The notes under the pieces are model-generated. The model searched no databases and was not told the DNA's origin. It was given only the letters and a program-made list of their open reading frames with translations. A stretch of DNA of 64,000 bases, taken from positions 126,606,001-126,670,000 of the forward strand of contig CM059431.1 of the NCBI GenBank assembly GCA_030390025.1, given 5' to 3'. This DNA is from Squalus acanthias. Taxonomy: Eukaryota. Position 1 is the stretch's first letter, and each line of letters starts with the position of its first letter. Shown here in pieces: positions 36,130-48,978 of this stretch. The position numbers were made by a program, and so were the translations under genes.

Positions 36130-38310
36130 CATAAGAACATAAGAACAAGAACATAAGAATTAGGAGCAGGAATATGCCATAGGGCCCCTCAAACCTGCTC
36201 TGCCATTCAATAAGATTATGGCTGATCTATGACCTCAATTCCAATTTCCCATCCGAGCTCCATATCTCTTGATTCCACTAGAGTCAAAAAATCTATCTCT
36301 CAGCCTTGAATATAATAAATGATTTAGCATCCACAGCCTTTTGGGGTAGATAATTCCAAAGATTCACAAACCTCTGAGTGTAGAAATTCCTCCTCATCTC
36401 AGTCTTAAATGGCCGACCCCTTTTCCTGAGACTATGGGGGAGAAATCCGTATGGTTTGCGCCACACATTAGCGCCATGAGATGGCGCTAAAACGCCGTTG
36501 ACAGCTGTAATGACAGCTAATGCCAGTTCCAGCACTGCACATGATAGGGATGAACAATGATGGGGAGAGTTGGCGTCTACCAGCAGAAAGCAGGCTCCAG
36601 CAGCGATATTTAAAGGCACCATTCACAAACAGCTGTACCTGACAGGGTTTTGCAGTTTCAGTGCCTGTTTGCTACTTCCTGCAACTGAAACAGCTTTGTT
36701 TAGTTATTTCAAGTTTTTTTGGTGACAGGGAGTGTTGATTCAAGTGCAAAAGTCACTCATTATTTGTTAAAGGCTTCTGCTCACAACACTTCCTCATAGT
36801 CATGGGGGCTGCAGGATTGCGGGATTACTTCAGGAGGACGACGAGACAGAGGAGGATGAGGAGGAAGAGGCAGAGGAGGAGGATGATGAGGATGAGGATG
36901 ATGAGGAAAAGGAGGATGAGGAGGAGGACGAGGAGGAGGAGGACAAGGAGGAGGAGGAACAGGAGGGAGGGCGGAGGCAGCGGGACAATTGGCCTTCCAG
37001 GCGGGCTGTCCATAACCGGCTCAGCAGACTCCGATTCGCATGAATGAAATCCCAGATCCCTGTAGCTCACCACATCCCCATCATACAATCCCTGTCTCAT
37101 GGTGTATCACAGCGTCTTCCTGGGCACAACATATTTAAATGTATCTATAAACATATCACACATATCACATGAATTCTAATAACTAATGACCCTTGTGCCT
37201 GCCATAGTTGAATAACTGTCATTGTGAGCAAGGTGTGAGATGTGGTTGGGAGTGTTGCTAGGTAGAGATTGTTGGTGGGTCAGTGCTGGGGGTGTGGTGC
37301 ATGGAGCAGTGTGTGAAGCTTGTGGTACAGATGGTGGTATGTAGCATTTGTTGAAGCCTTCACTTACCCTGACCACCTGTGTGAGCTTGTTAAACTTCTT
37401 CCTGTACTGGGTGTGGGTCCTGGGGACCACAGTGCTGCCCGTGACGTGGTGTACCACCTCCCTCCACATAGTCCAGCTGACTTGTGACGAGGGCCTTCTG
37501 CCAGTTGGCGGGTGTAGGACCACCCACCTTCTCTCCACCGCTAAAACTAATGCCTCCAAAGCTTCATCGGAAAATCTCTGGGCTCTCTCCCTGGGGCAGC
37601 AATCTGCCATCAGGATTTGTAAATAAGTTCTCCTTCTCCTTGCTCTTTTTCTTATGGTAGTTGAGGCAGCTGCACACCCAACAATGCTGAGAATGTGGTG
37701 CTGCAGCATCAATGAACCTCCCCTTTAAGTACTGAAAAAAGCCTGTGGCAATCATTACTTGCGTTTAGACTGCCCCCGATATTGGTCCACCTTTTCAGTG
37801 TAGTGCCAATGAGCTTGGGTTATTAGATGAGAATCATGACAAATTTTGCGTGCAGCCTAGACGATTTTCAACAGGCGCTACAGAACCATTTTTACTCTAA
37901 ACACTGCCCATTGCTTGAATATAATGAATTTCTAACCCTATGCCCCCTAGTTCTAGACTCTCCAGCCAGAGGAAACAACCTCTCGGCATCTACCCTGTCA
38001 ATAACACTCAGAATTTTGTATGTTTCAATGAGATCAGCTCTCATTCTTCTAAACTCCAGAGAGTATAGGATCAATCTCTCCTCATAGGACAATCCTCTCA
38101 TCCCAGGGATCAATTTAGTGAACATTCATTGCATCTCCTCTAAGGCAAGTATATCCTTCCTTAGGTAAGGAGACCAGAACTGTGCACAGTACTCCAGGTG
38201 TGGTCTCACCAAAGACCTGTACAATTGTAGCAGGACTTCCTTACTCTTGTACTCCAATCCCCTTGCAATAAAGGCCAGCATCCCATTTGCCTTCCTAATT
38301 GCTTGCTGTT
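36130..38310 (-). mobile_element. CR1 3' part split by a Harbinger
   Basis: cataagaa tail at 36130; RT C-terminal peptides at 37939-38310; flanks rejoin as ctgagactat|gccccctag. Confidence 0.85.
36436..37938. mobile_element. Internally deleted Harbinger with intact Myb/SANT exon 1
   Basis: TIRs gggggagaaat / atttctaaccc; perfect TSD TAT; minus ORF RERAQRFSDEALEALV...WREV...KKFNKL with gtaagt donor; GAG-rich transposase tail at 36830-36970. Confidence 0.88.
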
Positions 38311-38427
38311 CTCAGATGAAAAAAACGTGATATAATGTTGGACGAAATAGCTTCATTCTGACTTTAGGTTGTAGTTCATAATTACTGCACCTAATGGCAA
38401 CTCTACTTTGATCCGCTCAGAAAAATA

Positions 38428-39154
38428 GGCTCTGATATTGACAGAGGCAGGTTTCGTAGGCGGGGAGGGGCAGAGTTTCAGATGGGAAACTCACAGCATG
38501 CGACTTTTTTTTAACAGGATCCCTGCCCAGAAGTCAGCCTGATTGAGAGGCTTGGCTTTCAGTCGGGCCGGGAGCACTCCAGAGCAGGCCACAGCCCCAG
38601 AGAGGGAGCATGCAGCTGCTAGCGTGGGGGTGGGGAGGTTCAATCCTGGGGCGGTCCGATCCCCTACCCTGGGGAGGGGGGGGGACTTGATCCGTGTATG
38701 TCCAATCGCCAACCCCGGGGGGTTATCTCCTCTCCCCAACCCCGAAGGGGTACAATCCCCGACCCCGGGGTGTCTTTGTATGAGGAGGTTTCGATCCAAT
38801 GCAAGAGAGTAAGCTTGGGGTGCTGGCGGAAAGCAATCCTGCTCCTCCTGGCCCACAAGCAGTGCTTCAAAGACACTTACTGTCTCCCCAAAGCTGTCTT
38901 CGCCTCCTTTCAGCTGCCGGGTTTCCTGAGGCCTGGGTAATCCAGTTGGCCAGGGTTAAAGGTTAAATCTGAGGATGCCAGCCTCATTAAAATATTTAAA
39001 TGACCAACCCACCTCCTGGGAGCGGGTTGGCTGGCTGCCCTTGTTCCGCCTCTATTATACTCGAATGTGGGCAGGTTGGTGTTGGTTTTGAGAATTTTAA
39101 AATTTTAACATCTCACCTGACCCCAACCCATTTTTGGGGGTTAAAATTCACCCC
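38428..39154. mobile_element. Harbinger-type MITE
   Basis: Ends ggctctgatatt / aaattcacccc; flanks ATA/TTA. Confidence 0.7.
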
Positions 39155-39612
39155 TTAGTCTCTGGAGTAGGAAGATGCAATAGATGCCACCAAGAAAGAA
39201 ATTAGCACAGAGGTTTACAAGTCATCAGTAATTTTTTCATTAGTGAAGTCAATTTTTGATAAGGCAAAATACATGTAAGAATTTGTTCAATGAAATGCAC
39301 AATGAATGAACTATATTTTTTTGACTAACACATTGGCAGCAGAATTTCAGATGAAAGCTCTATTGGAATATTTAAGTTGAAAATAATTGATTTAATCAAT
39401 CTGATCTAGACTACAGTGAGCACAGAAGTACATATCGAACAAAAATTAGCAGTCACACACTCAGGATACAGATTGATAAGTCATATTGTTAGAAAAGCAT
39501 TTTCTGCGAACTACTGCATAAATTGGTAAAAGCATCAACAGGGCTTGTCTAAAGATTGCGTAATCTGGTTTAATTGGTACGTCCTTAATGAAAACACATA
39601 ATAAGACACATA

Positions 39613-40427
39613 GGCCTCGACCTTATGTCGGAGGCGGGGAGGATGTGGGAGGGAGGGGCAATTTTGCGGTCAGGAAACCTGAAAGTATGGGTTCCCCTCA
39701 GGTCCTGATGAATTTAATGGCAAGGCCTGATTAGCACTTTGCGTATCCATTTCCCGGCTGCAGCCAGCCAGATTGAGAGGCTGGGTGGCTGTTGCGTGGG
39801 TAGGCCTTCAGCACCAGGCAGCAGCCAGGTAGCGGAGAGGAGGGATTGGAAAGGCCAGAATGGGGGAGGGGGGAGACTGTAGCGTAGAGGGGAGACCGGT
39901 GGTTGGGGTAGGGGGAAGATCGGGGTCCGGAGCAGAGGGGTCATCAGAGTCTGGGGTCAGTGGAAGATTGCGGTCTGAAGCAAAGGGGAGATCGGTGACC
40001 AGAGGGTAGATCAGAGGCCAGAGGAGAGATCGGAAGGGTCGGGTGGGGTGCGGGGGGGGGGGGGGCGGGGGGTGGCAAGATTGGAAGGGTTGGGCAATGT
40101 CTGTTCGTGGGGGGTGGGTGAATCAGGTAAACTGGATCCAGCAGGTAACCTTCTGGATCCAGCAGACCTCACCTCCCTTTAGCTGCTGGGTTCCCGGAAC
40201 CTGGCCGGCCAGGGTTAAATTTAACACGGTGGTTAATTCTGAGGCACGGAGCCTCATTATAATATTTGAATGATCAGCCCGCCTCTTACAAGCGGGTTGG
40301 TTGCCTGACCCCTTCCTGTCACCGTTAAAACCAGAAGGGTTGGAGGCGGGTTGGGGTCGGGTTTTAGTTTTATAACATTTCTACATCCGACCCAAATCAA
40401 CCTGTTTTTGGGGGTTAAACTTCCCCC
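39613..40427. mobile_element. Harbinger-type MITE
   Basis: Right end gggggttaaacttccccc homologous to the 39154 end; flanks ATA/ATT. Confidence 0.65.
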
Positions 40428-40429
40428 AT

Positions 40430-40890
40430 TGTCTCCATAAGTTTTATGTTCATGGGATCATAGCATGGGAACTGTTAGTTGTCTGTTGATGTGTGTGGAA
40501 TGTGCAGGAGTTGGCAGGTGGCTGGTTGGCTTGGAAGCATTGAAATTGATTGGCCTGCAGGCCCAAAGTAGGTTCAAAGTCCCATAATGTAATAAGTGAT
40601 TAATGTATATAAGCTGGACTTAAACCATAGATGTTAGAGTGCTTCCTGGAGCGGATCTGGACTTGCTCAGGCGATTGCAAGGCAACTCGGGTTTAATCAC
40701 CTTGTTGATTTGAAGCAGGTTGTATCTCAACATCTTAGTTGGCATGTTATAATTGTATCCTTTGCATTTTAACATCTTTTCTTCTTGTATTATAGTTTTT
40801 TTATAACTGTAATAAAACCTAGATACTTTGGAACAAAGCTCCCTCTAGTCTTTGCATACCAAAGACCGAATCTAATGTAAATTACTCACA
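40430..40890 (+). mobile_element. Candidate LTR
   Basis: TGT...ACA ends with TATATAAG (~40606) and AATAAA (40811) in U3-R-U5 order; no clean TSD. Confidence 0.4.
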
Positions 40891-41999
40891 CATATGCATC
40901 AGTCAACAAGTATATGTAATTTGATGTAGTGCGTCAGGCAAGGACATTTATCCTGTTCCTGGTGCATGTATATTCACAGAAATGGAGTCATCAACCTCTA
41001 TAGCCAACATATCCTCTCTCCCTAAGATCGTGTTGAGTTTATCGAGCTGTCCAGTGTAGGGTAATGCAGGAATCACATGGGACTAGCCAGGATTCATTCA
41101 AGCAAGATGATGAGGTTGAAAAGGTGGCAGAGAAGGATGAGAAGAAAACCTACACCATATGTTTTGTTTATTTGACACCTTATAAACATTCCAATGGAAA
41201 ATTAAGATTGGCACTGGTGATGGAGAGATCTTAAGAAGATTAGCTGTGCCTCACTGGGTTCATATCTTAGAGTGCCATCCCTTACAAATGGGTTTTACAG
41301 GCATCTTTGTTCCGATAGGAAGAAGCATGTTTAGGAAGGCACAGACACCAATCCACATTACCAGTGAATCTGATGTGTAACCATTGATATGGAATATACA
41401 TTATAAGGTAGTAAGTTTTGAAATAACCCCATGAGACAGTCAATGATCAGTTATATTGAGGTTGAATGATATCTTCAACTTCACAACTCTTATACAGATT
41501 GACCCGACTAACACCCTCACCATCAACCTACAATGTTTCTCAAATGTCAAGAGAGCTGATTATGTAACCAATCTTTCATAAAAGAAAAAGATCACACTGT
41601 GGGCTGGATTCAGCTTTTAAGCTCCTTCATGTTTGTCTCCTCTTCTTCTCTAAGAGCAGGACCATATTGCCTGAAACCATTCCTTCAGAACACTTTGGTA
41701 TTTTTTTCCCTTTAAAATGTTTTTTTTCTGCAATAAGAACAGCCTTCAGCCCATATTACTTGCTTCAGGCATTTGGATCAAATCAAAAGTGAGAAAATAA
41801 CAAAGAATACATTTTGCTATGATGCAGTAGTATAATTCTAAGTACAAATTGGACTCAGAAAAAAGCTATACAATCACAGCAAAAATAGGAGGGAAAAAAC
41901 AATGTGGCTGGGATAGATGTTGGAGTGAAGCAGTGATTGTTCAGCTGAAGCATTGTTCAGTGACCTACTGCCAGCGAGCTCTGGCTACAGGTTGGTGTT

Positions 42000-42685
42000 T
42001 GTGCCCTCCTGCTTCTGTACCATCAATGCCATTTGTGTTTTATTCATCATTTAGTTGAAGGTCCTTGTCCAATGGTGGCTCCATGTGTTGTCCCTGTCAT
42101 ACTTGTCCACTAGACTTGTCCAGGCAGTGGAATCATATCTTGAGCACTACAAGGGTCTGCTCAGTGATGGTTCCAGTCAACTTGTGAATCTGGTGGTAGC
42201 ACAGTTTGGTCAATAAGTGTGTGTTTCTGAGAGGAGTCATGAGCCATGTGTGTGGGTCATAACCCTTCTCCCCAAGAAGCCAGCTTTGCACTTGATGTGC
42301 AGGGTCAAAGAGTGCGGGGATGGAGGATTGCTGCAATATAAAAGAATCATGGAAGCAGTCAGGAAAATGGGCACAGACCTGCACATTAATGGTATGGAAG
42401 CCCTTGTGATGCATGAAGGCAGCGGCTTTACTGCAGGAGCCCTCATGGCGATGTGTATGCAGCCAATGATGCCCTGAACTTTGGGATAGCCTATAATCTG
42501 CACAAACCCCAGAGCCCATCCACTGTTTCCATGGAGTATGTGCTAAACTCAGTTGCTTTAGCAAATATGGCATCAGTCACCTACTTAATATAAGCATGAA
42601 CTACAGGCCAACTGATGTTGCTGATATCTCCTGTGGCTGCCTGGAAGGAGCCAGAGGCAGAAGAGTTGAGGGCTGTGGTACATTG
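42000..42685 (-). pseudogene. Degenerate Harbinger transposase
   Basis: GYPKVQGIIGCIHIA, KGFHTINVQV, HDSFIL, WLLGEKGY..WLMTPLRN. Confidence 0.8.
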
Positions 42686-43011
42686 ACAAGGCACAAGTCA
42701 GGAGTGTGATGGAATACTCTCCACTTGCCTGGATGAGTGCAACTCCAACAACACTCAAGAAGCTCGACATCATCCAGGACAAAGCAGCCCGCTTGATTGG
42801 CACCCCATCCACCACCTTAAACGTTCACTCTCTCCACTATCGGCATACCGTGGCTGCAGTGTGTACCATCTACAAGATGCACTGCAGCAACTCGACAAGG
42901 CTTCTTTAGCAGCACCTCCCAAACCCGTGACCTCTTCCACCTAGAAGGACAAGGGCAGCAGGCGCATGGGAACACCACCACCTCCAAGTTCCCCTCCAAG
43001 TCACACACCAT
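42686..43011 (+). mobile_element. Fragment of the 5589-type LINE
   Basis: MEYSPLAWMSA...IQDKAARLIG, as at 8221. Confidence 0.9.
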
Positions 43012-43191
43012 GTAAGGCACTCTAGGAAAAGTTTTATTAAAGAATTCAATTTATGTTCAGGAACCTATTCTGTAGTTAAGCGACAGTTTTTCAAAATCTG
43101 TAGAAACAGGCAGAATCTGCAAGGCTCTAACTGTTGTCATACAAGATAGCCTTGGATAGTTCTGATCTTCTAATAGATATATCTACATCTA

Positions 43192-43380
43192 AAACCAAAG
43201 CAAATAACTGCGAATGTTGGAACTCTGAAATAAAAAGAGAAAATGTTGGAAATACTCAGCAGGTCAGGCAGCATCTATGGAGACAGAAACAGAGCTAACG
43301 TTTCAGTTTGATGAACTGGCAAAGGTAGAGATGGAACAAGTTTTAAGCAAGTACAGAGGCAGGGAAAGGGGGGAGGGATA
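43192..43380 (-). mobile_element. Second copy of the 27370-27510 repeat, hammerhead core deleted
   Basis: actcagcaggtcaggcagcatct...taacgtttcag is the reverse complement of 27397-27450. Confidence 0.65.
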
Positions 43381-44912
43381 TGACCACATGTTTAGCTTTT
43401 CTATACTTGTAAGGACACCTTTAGTTCTGAGATTTGCTTGGTGGAATGCTGAGCTCATGCAGTAAGTCAATGTAAAACCATGGAGGAGGTGATGTAATGG
43501 CCTTTTAACTGACCTCGCAGTGAGACCATTGTAGGGGAGATTGAGGGTTGACACCCCGCAGCTTGAGCTCAACAACTGTAATGTGAGATCTACCGCAACC
43601 TTCGCATCACAGTGTGTATTGTCTGTGAGTATCATTCTAAACATAAAATCTGTAAAACTAAGACTCTGTGTTTAGAATCTTAGGGCTGGATTTTAATGTG
43701 AAGGGGTGCGTGGGTTTGGGAATGGGTGGGGGGGTTAAAACCGGCGAAATTGACAGCACGCAGGAAGCCAGATCCAACCCACCGGCTTCCGGGATTCACT
43801 ACAACGTGTTAGGCTGCATGTGAGCAACCCCCTCGGGACAGGCAGGTTGACAATTAGCATATGTTAATCGCTCAAATTGACCCAGATTCTTCACTTTAAC
43901 TTAGTGTCTACGGGTTTCCCGGGCTTCCTGAAACTCGCCAGTGAAAGCAAGGTGAGAATACAACGGCAACTGAGGGAGCTGAATCAATCTCAGGGAAATA
44001 TTTAGTACTCACAGTCACCTGAGAACTCATTTTTAGTGTGGAAGCAAGTCATCCTCGGTTCCGAGGGACTGCCTAAGAAGAGTCCTCACAGCTGCTTTCT
44101 TACCTGCTTGTGGGAAAGGGTTTGCTCACAGTAATTTTGCTGAGAGGTTACTTTACACACTTTGAAGGTTTCTTCAACACTTTGGAGGTTTGGAGGTCTG
44201 ATCTGCACTTTGCAGGTCTGATCTATCAGATCAGGATGGGTGCCGCTTATGCTGCCTCAGATTGGACCTCAGATGAGGACCAAGATGACCAGTAACAGCA
44301 CCAGCAGCAGCCTGTTGGTCTCAGACCTGTAGCTCCACAGGAGAGAGGGGAGCAGCAGAGGGGAGCAGCTCACAGGAGGCTATACCCAGCACACAGGGTC
44401 TGCAGGCAGAGGATAAGCTTCCTCGACATGTCAGAACACCAGTGTTGCAAGAGGCTCAGGGTGTCATATCAGGTTGTAGTAGACATTTGCAGCCTGCTGG
44501 AACAAGCCTTGCTGCCTGCTAGACCTGGTGGCCACACTTTACCAGGGCTGTCAAAGTCACCACCACCCTCAACTTTTTTGCCTCTGGATCCTTCCAGGGC
44601 TCTGCTGGAGACATTTGCAGGATCTCCCAGTCAGCGGCACACAAATGCATAAGACAGGCGACTGATGACTTGTTTGCCAGGGCTGCCAATTATGTCAACT
44701 TAGCCTGTGATGACACCACTCAGAATGAGTGGGTGCTCAGATTTGCGGCTCTGTCTGGCTTCACACAGGTGCAGGGCGTCATCGACTACACACACGTGGC
44801 AATTAGGGCACCCATAGATCACTCAGGATTGTTCATCAACCGCAAGGGCTTCCATTCCATCAATGTGCAGCTGGTATGCAACCACACAAAGATCTTTTTG
44901 CAGGTGTGCACA

Positions 44913-45204
44913 AGATAAGGGGTAAGCCATTTAGGACTGAGATGAGGAGGAATTTCTTCACCCAGAGAGTGGTGAACCTGTGGAATTCTCTACCACAGAA
45001 GGCAGTAGAGGCCAATTCATTAAATATATTCAAGAAGGAGTTAGATATATTTCTTAAAGCTAAAGGGATCAAGGGATATGGGGAGAAGGCAGGGACAGGG
45101 TACTGAATTTGGATGATCAGCCATGATCTCATTGAATGGCGGAGCAGGCTCGAGGGGCTGAATGGCCCACTCCTGCTCCGATCTTCTATGTTTATATGTT
45201 TCTA
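44913..45204 (+). mobile_element. CR1 3' end inside transposase
   Basis: Very similar to 30010-30294; splits VCTR|FPGSCH. Confidence 0.9.
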
Positions 45205-45498
45205 TTCCCGGGCAGCTGCCATAATGCTTTTGACCTGCAGCAGTCCACCCTCCCAAACGTCTTTGCACCCGGAAGTAGGGACACGAGGCAGCATGTCAAG
45301 TAATGATTGAGTGGGGGGCAATGGGTATGAAGTGTTAGCGCTTTGAGCAGAGCCCCCACTTCCACGTCAGCTTCTGCCATCAACCCTCTCTTGCCCCAGC
45401 CATACTTTATTGCTACCACTGCGGCTGGAGACAAGGGATATCCAATTAAAACGTGGCTGATGACACCTCTCAGAAACCCGAGGAATGAGGAACAGAAA

Positions 45499-45958
45499 TC
45501 ATAGAATCATAGAATCATAGATATTTACAGCACAGAAGGAGGCCATTCAGCCTATCATGTCTGTGCCAGCCGAAAAAGAGCTATCTAGCCTAATTGCACT
45601 TTCCAGCTCTTGGTCTGTAGCCCTGTAGGTTACGGCACTTCAAATGCATATCCAAGTACTTTTTAAATGTGATGAGGGTTTCTGCCTCTACCACCCCTTC
45701 AGGTAGTGAGTTCCAGACCCCCACCATCCTGTGGAAAGTTCTCCTCAACTCCCCTCTAATCCTTCTACCAATTACTTTAAATCTATGCCCCCTGGTTATT
45801 GACCTCTCTGCTCCGGGAAATAGGACCTTACTATCCACTCTATCTAGGCCCCTCATAATTTGTTATACCTCAATCAAGTCTCCCCTCAGCTTCCTCTGTT
45901 CCAAAGAAAACACCCCCAGCCACATAGCTAAAATTATCTAGCTAAAAAGCTAAAAATA
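45499..45958 (-). mobile_element. CR1 3' end inside transposase
   Basis: (catagaat)n tail; flanked by AGAA on both sides; splits EQ|KRYN. Confidence 0.85.
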
Positions 45959-47799
45959 GAAGCGTTACAATGAATGCCATATGACCACCAGATGTGTCAT
46001 CGAACAAGCCATCGGCATGCTGAAGAGGTGCTTCAGGTGCCTGGATAGATCTGGAGGCGCCCTTCAGTACGCACCAGCCAGGGTCTCCAGAATGGTCGTG
46101 GTGTGCTGTGCTCTGCACAACATTGCCCAGCAGCGAGGTTTGGACCTGCAGGAGGACCAAGGCGCAGAGCGCAGTGCATCTTCAGGGGATTCTGAGGAGG
46201 AGGAGGATGACGAGGAGCTGGAAGGTGATGAGTGCACTGCACCACCAGCGGTGCACATTTCTGCCTGGGATGCCTGGAATGACCTGATTATTGCAAGGTT
46301 CACTCAGGTTCCACCAGTAAACCCATCTCACAACCTGGTGCAAAAGTCACTTTACACCTCACCACCCGTGACCACGCCACCCCAACACCCTGCCTCGATG
46401 TCACTAACACAAAGCAGTCCTGCAAACAACCAAGCATTCCTTTCACATCTCCCCATTGGTCGACGTCAATTTAAGTTTTCCCATTCATCATCAAACAACT
46501 AAAAAGGCCACTTGGCAACCAGCAACCAAGAATGGGCAATATGGGAAAGTGGTGAAAACAATAATATTTATGTACTTCAAATGAATAAAATAAACTTAAC
46601 AATACAACAATGTGCAAGACACCCATGTGCATACCCTTGTGCAACTACAAATCTTTAATCTTCCTTTTCCTAGCACTTCTACGTGGCTTCAGCAGAGGTA
46701 AAGGCAGGCTGCTCATATCTCAGCTCTGACTGTTGAGCTGCTCCTGGCTGATGTCCTCTGGGTTCTGGAGACCATGAGGGCCCAGCCAAAGACTGCTCCA
46801 CCTGCACCTGTGCAGAGGCAGACTCAGCCATCAGGACACGAGACAGCATGTTGAGCAATGACTCAGTGGGGGGCAATAGGTATGAAGTGCTAATTCTTTG
46901 AGCAGAGCCCCCACTTCCATTTCCCCATTCGCCATCAACCCTCTCTTGGCCCAGCCTTAATTCACTGCTAGCACTGTGCTGGAGAACACTTTGCTGCAGA
47001 TCAGTGGGGTGCTGCAAGGCCAAGGCTAGGGTATCAGTTATCCTATTTAAGGTGGCATTCAGAGTCTGCAAGCCCTTGTTCAAGGCTTGTATGCACTCGT
47101 CGACTGCCGCGTTTGATGCTCCATGCAGTTGGCCACTCTATCCATGGAAGGAGACATCATTGCAATGGCCTGCGACAGCATCCCACTCATGCTTGAGGTG
47201 GACTCCTCTAATCTCTCTGCAATTGTGGACAGTGTGATTGGAACGCCTGTCAGTACACTGCACAATCTCTGCTGCTGCTCAATGATTATACTCTTCATCG
47301 ATGGCCCCCAGGATACAGCATCTGCGTTCAGCCGAGCAGAGGTTGGAGAGGCCATCGCCCTCTGACGCGGACACACCACTGCTGTCCCTCACTCCACCAT
47401 CTGCTCTTGCTCACTTGTGAGTCACCAGGTGAACACGCAACTATCTCTCTTACTGGTCCCACCGAAGTACGAATATCTGAGCTGGTGCATGAGTCCTGTG
47501 ATGGTGCACCCTCAGAGGGATTGAATTCCTCTGTGGAATCATTGTTGGAGACTTCCACCAACTCCTGCTGGATGCATGAGGGCCCTGTGGGAGATAAAAG
47601 ACATGAGTACTGTAAGGGGCTTAATGCCTGTTTTCGGTGGCCGCTAGGAATGCCTAAAAAATTGCCTGACCCAATATGGGGTTTAATGTCTTTCAAGTGA
47701 CCTTGGGGCCTTGCTCCAGAAGTTGGTAGTTTTTGTGCCCATTTTCTGCCCAGGCGTAATGAAGACTAATTTCTCCTCCCAAGGCTTCAAGATGATTTA

Positions 47800-48400
47800 A
47801 TTGGAGGAATATAACAAAATTCATCCAAGCCTCTCGAGCATGTTCTGCAATTCAATTAGATCAACACCATCTGTACCTCAACTCCATTTACCCACCTTTA
47901 AGTACCTTGATACCTTTACCTAACAAAAATCTATCTATCACAGTCTTGAAAGTTTCAATTGATCCAGCATCCACAGCCTTTTCGGGGAGATAATTCCAGA
48001 TTTCTACTACCCTTTGTGTGGATGACCTCACACTTGACCACTTTGCACTTCATCTGCCATAGTTTTGCCCAATCACTTAATATCTGTGTCAACTTTGCAA
48101 CTTCCTGCTCCCACCTGCACTACTTACTTTGTCTCCTAATTTAGTGCCATCTCTAAACTTGGATATACAGCTCTCTATTCCTTCATCCAAGTCATTAATA
48201 AATATGTTGAAAAGTTGAGGCCCCAGTACAGATCCCTAGGGAACACCACTTGTCACATCCTGCCAATCTGAGTTCATACCCTTTATCCCCACTCTCTGTC
48301 TCCCACCTCCCAAACCATTTCCGATCCATCAAAAGGCTACCTCCAATTTCATGCGCACTCAATTTTGCTAATAACCGTTTGTGTGAAACCTTATCAAAGG
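47800..48400 (-). mobile_element. Degenerate, internally deleted CR1
   Basis: AFDKVSHKRLL motif and CR1 3' UTR remnants. Confidence 0.7.
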
Positions 48401-48978
48401 CTAATATGAGATGCAGATTTGATTCCTCCACAGAGCTAACTTCCCAATTTCAGCCCTGCTGGTGGGAGGATTGCCAAGCAGAAGCCAGATGGCTTTCCAT
48501 ATGAGGGGGAGAAAATTGGACCCAGGTCTCTATTGCATACATCATAGCAGCTAATTTCAAACTTCCATTTGTAGATTTCAACCTCCTGGTTGTGAGTCAC
48601 CTGCGCAGCCCAGCCTCTCAGCTGCAGATTGTGTATGATCTGTAACACCTTTTTATGGATTTGTTGGTAAAATGGTAAGATGAAAAGCAGAATGTGCAAG
48701 ATGTTTTTGATCATGGTGTGTGCTTTACTTCCTTGGTTACAGCTTATTGATTATCTGCTATAATAGTGTGTAACACGGGTGAAATTGGCAGACGTCAGCA
48801 CCATGGAAACACCAAGAACATTGTATGAAGAGATGGCTATCATTGTGGTCAGCTCGACCAATTAGATTAACTGTTCCAGGCCAGCAGCAGAAAGCAAGCC
48901 CAATTAATAATGAACAGCTCCAGCAGGGCACCTCATGGCAAAGGGCAAGCAGCATCCAATCAGGTTCTGGATAAACAG

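Larger units (their letters stand above)
43683..47600. mobile_element. PIF/Harbinger transposon with two CR1 insertions; right end missing
   Basis: TTA + gggctggatttt left end; transposase ~44236-46300 (GVIDYTHVAI, KGFHSINVQLVC, GDKGYP, IEQAIGMLKRCF, CCALHNI); partner-gene last exon on minus ~46630-47585. Confidence 0.88.

Noticed and set aside
36802..37047. Protamine-like Arg-rich ORF
   Set aside because: Alternate frame of the GAG/GAT-rich acidic tail of a Harbinger transposase
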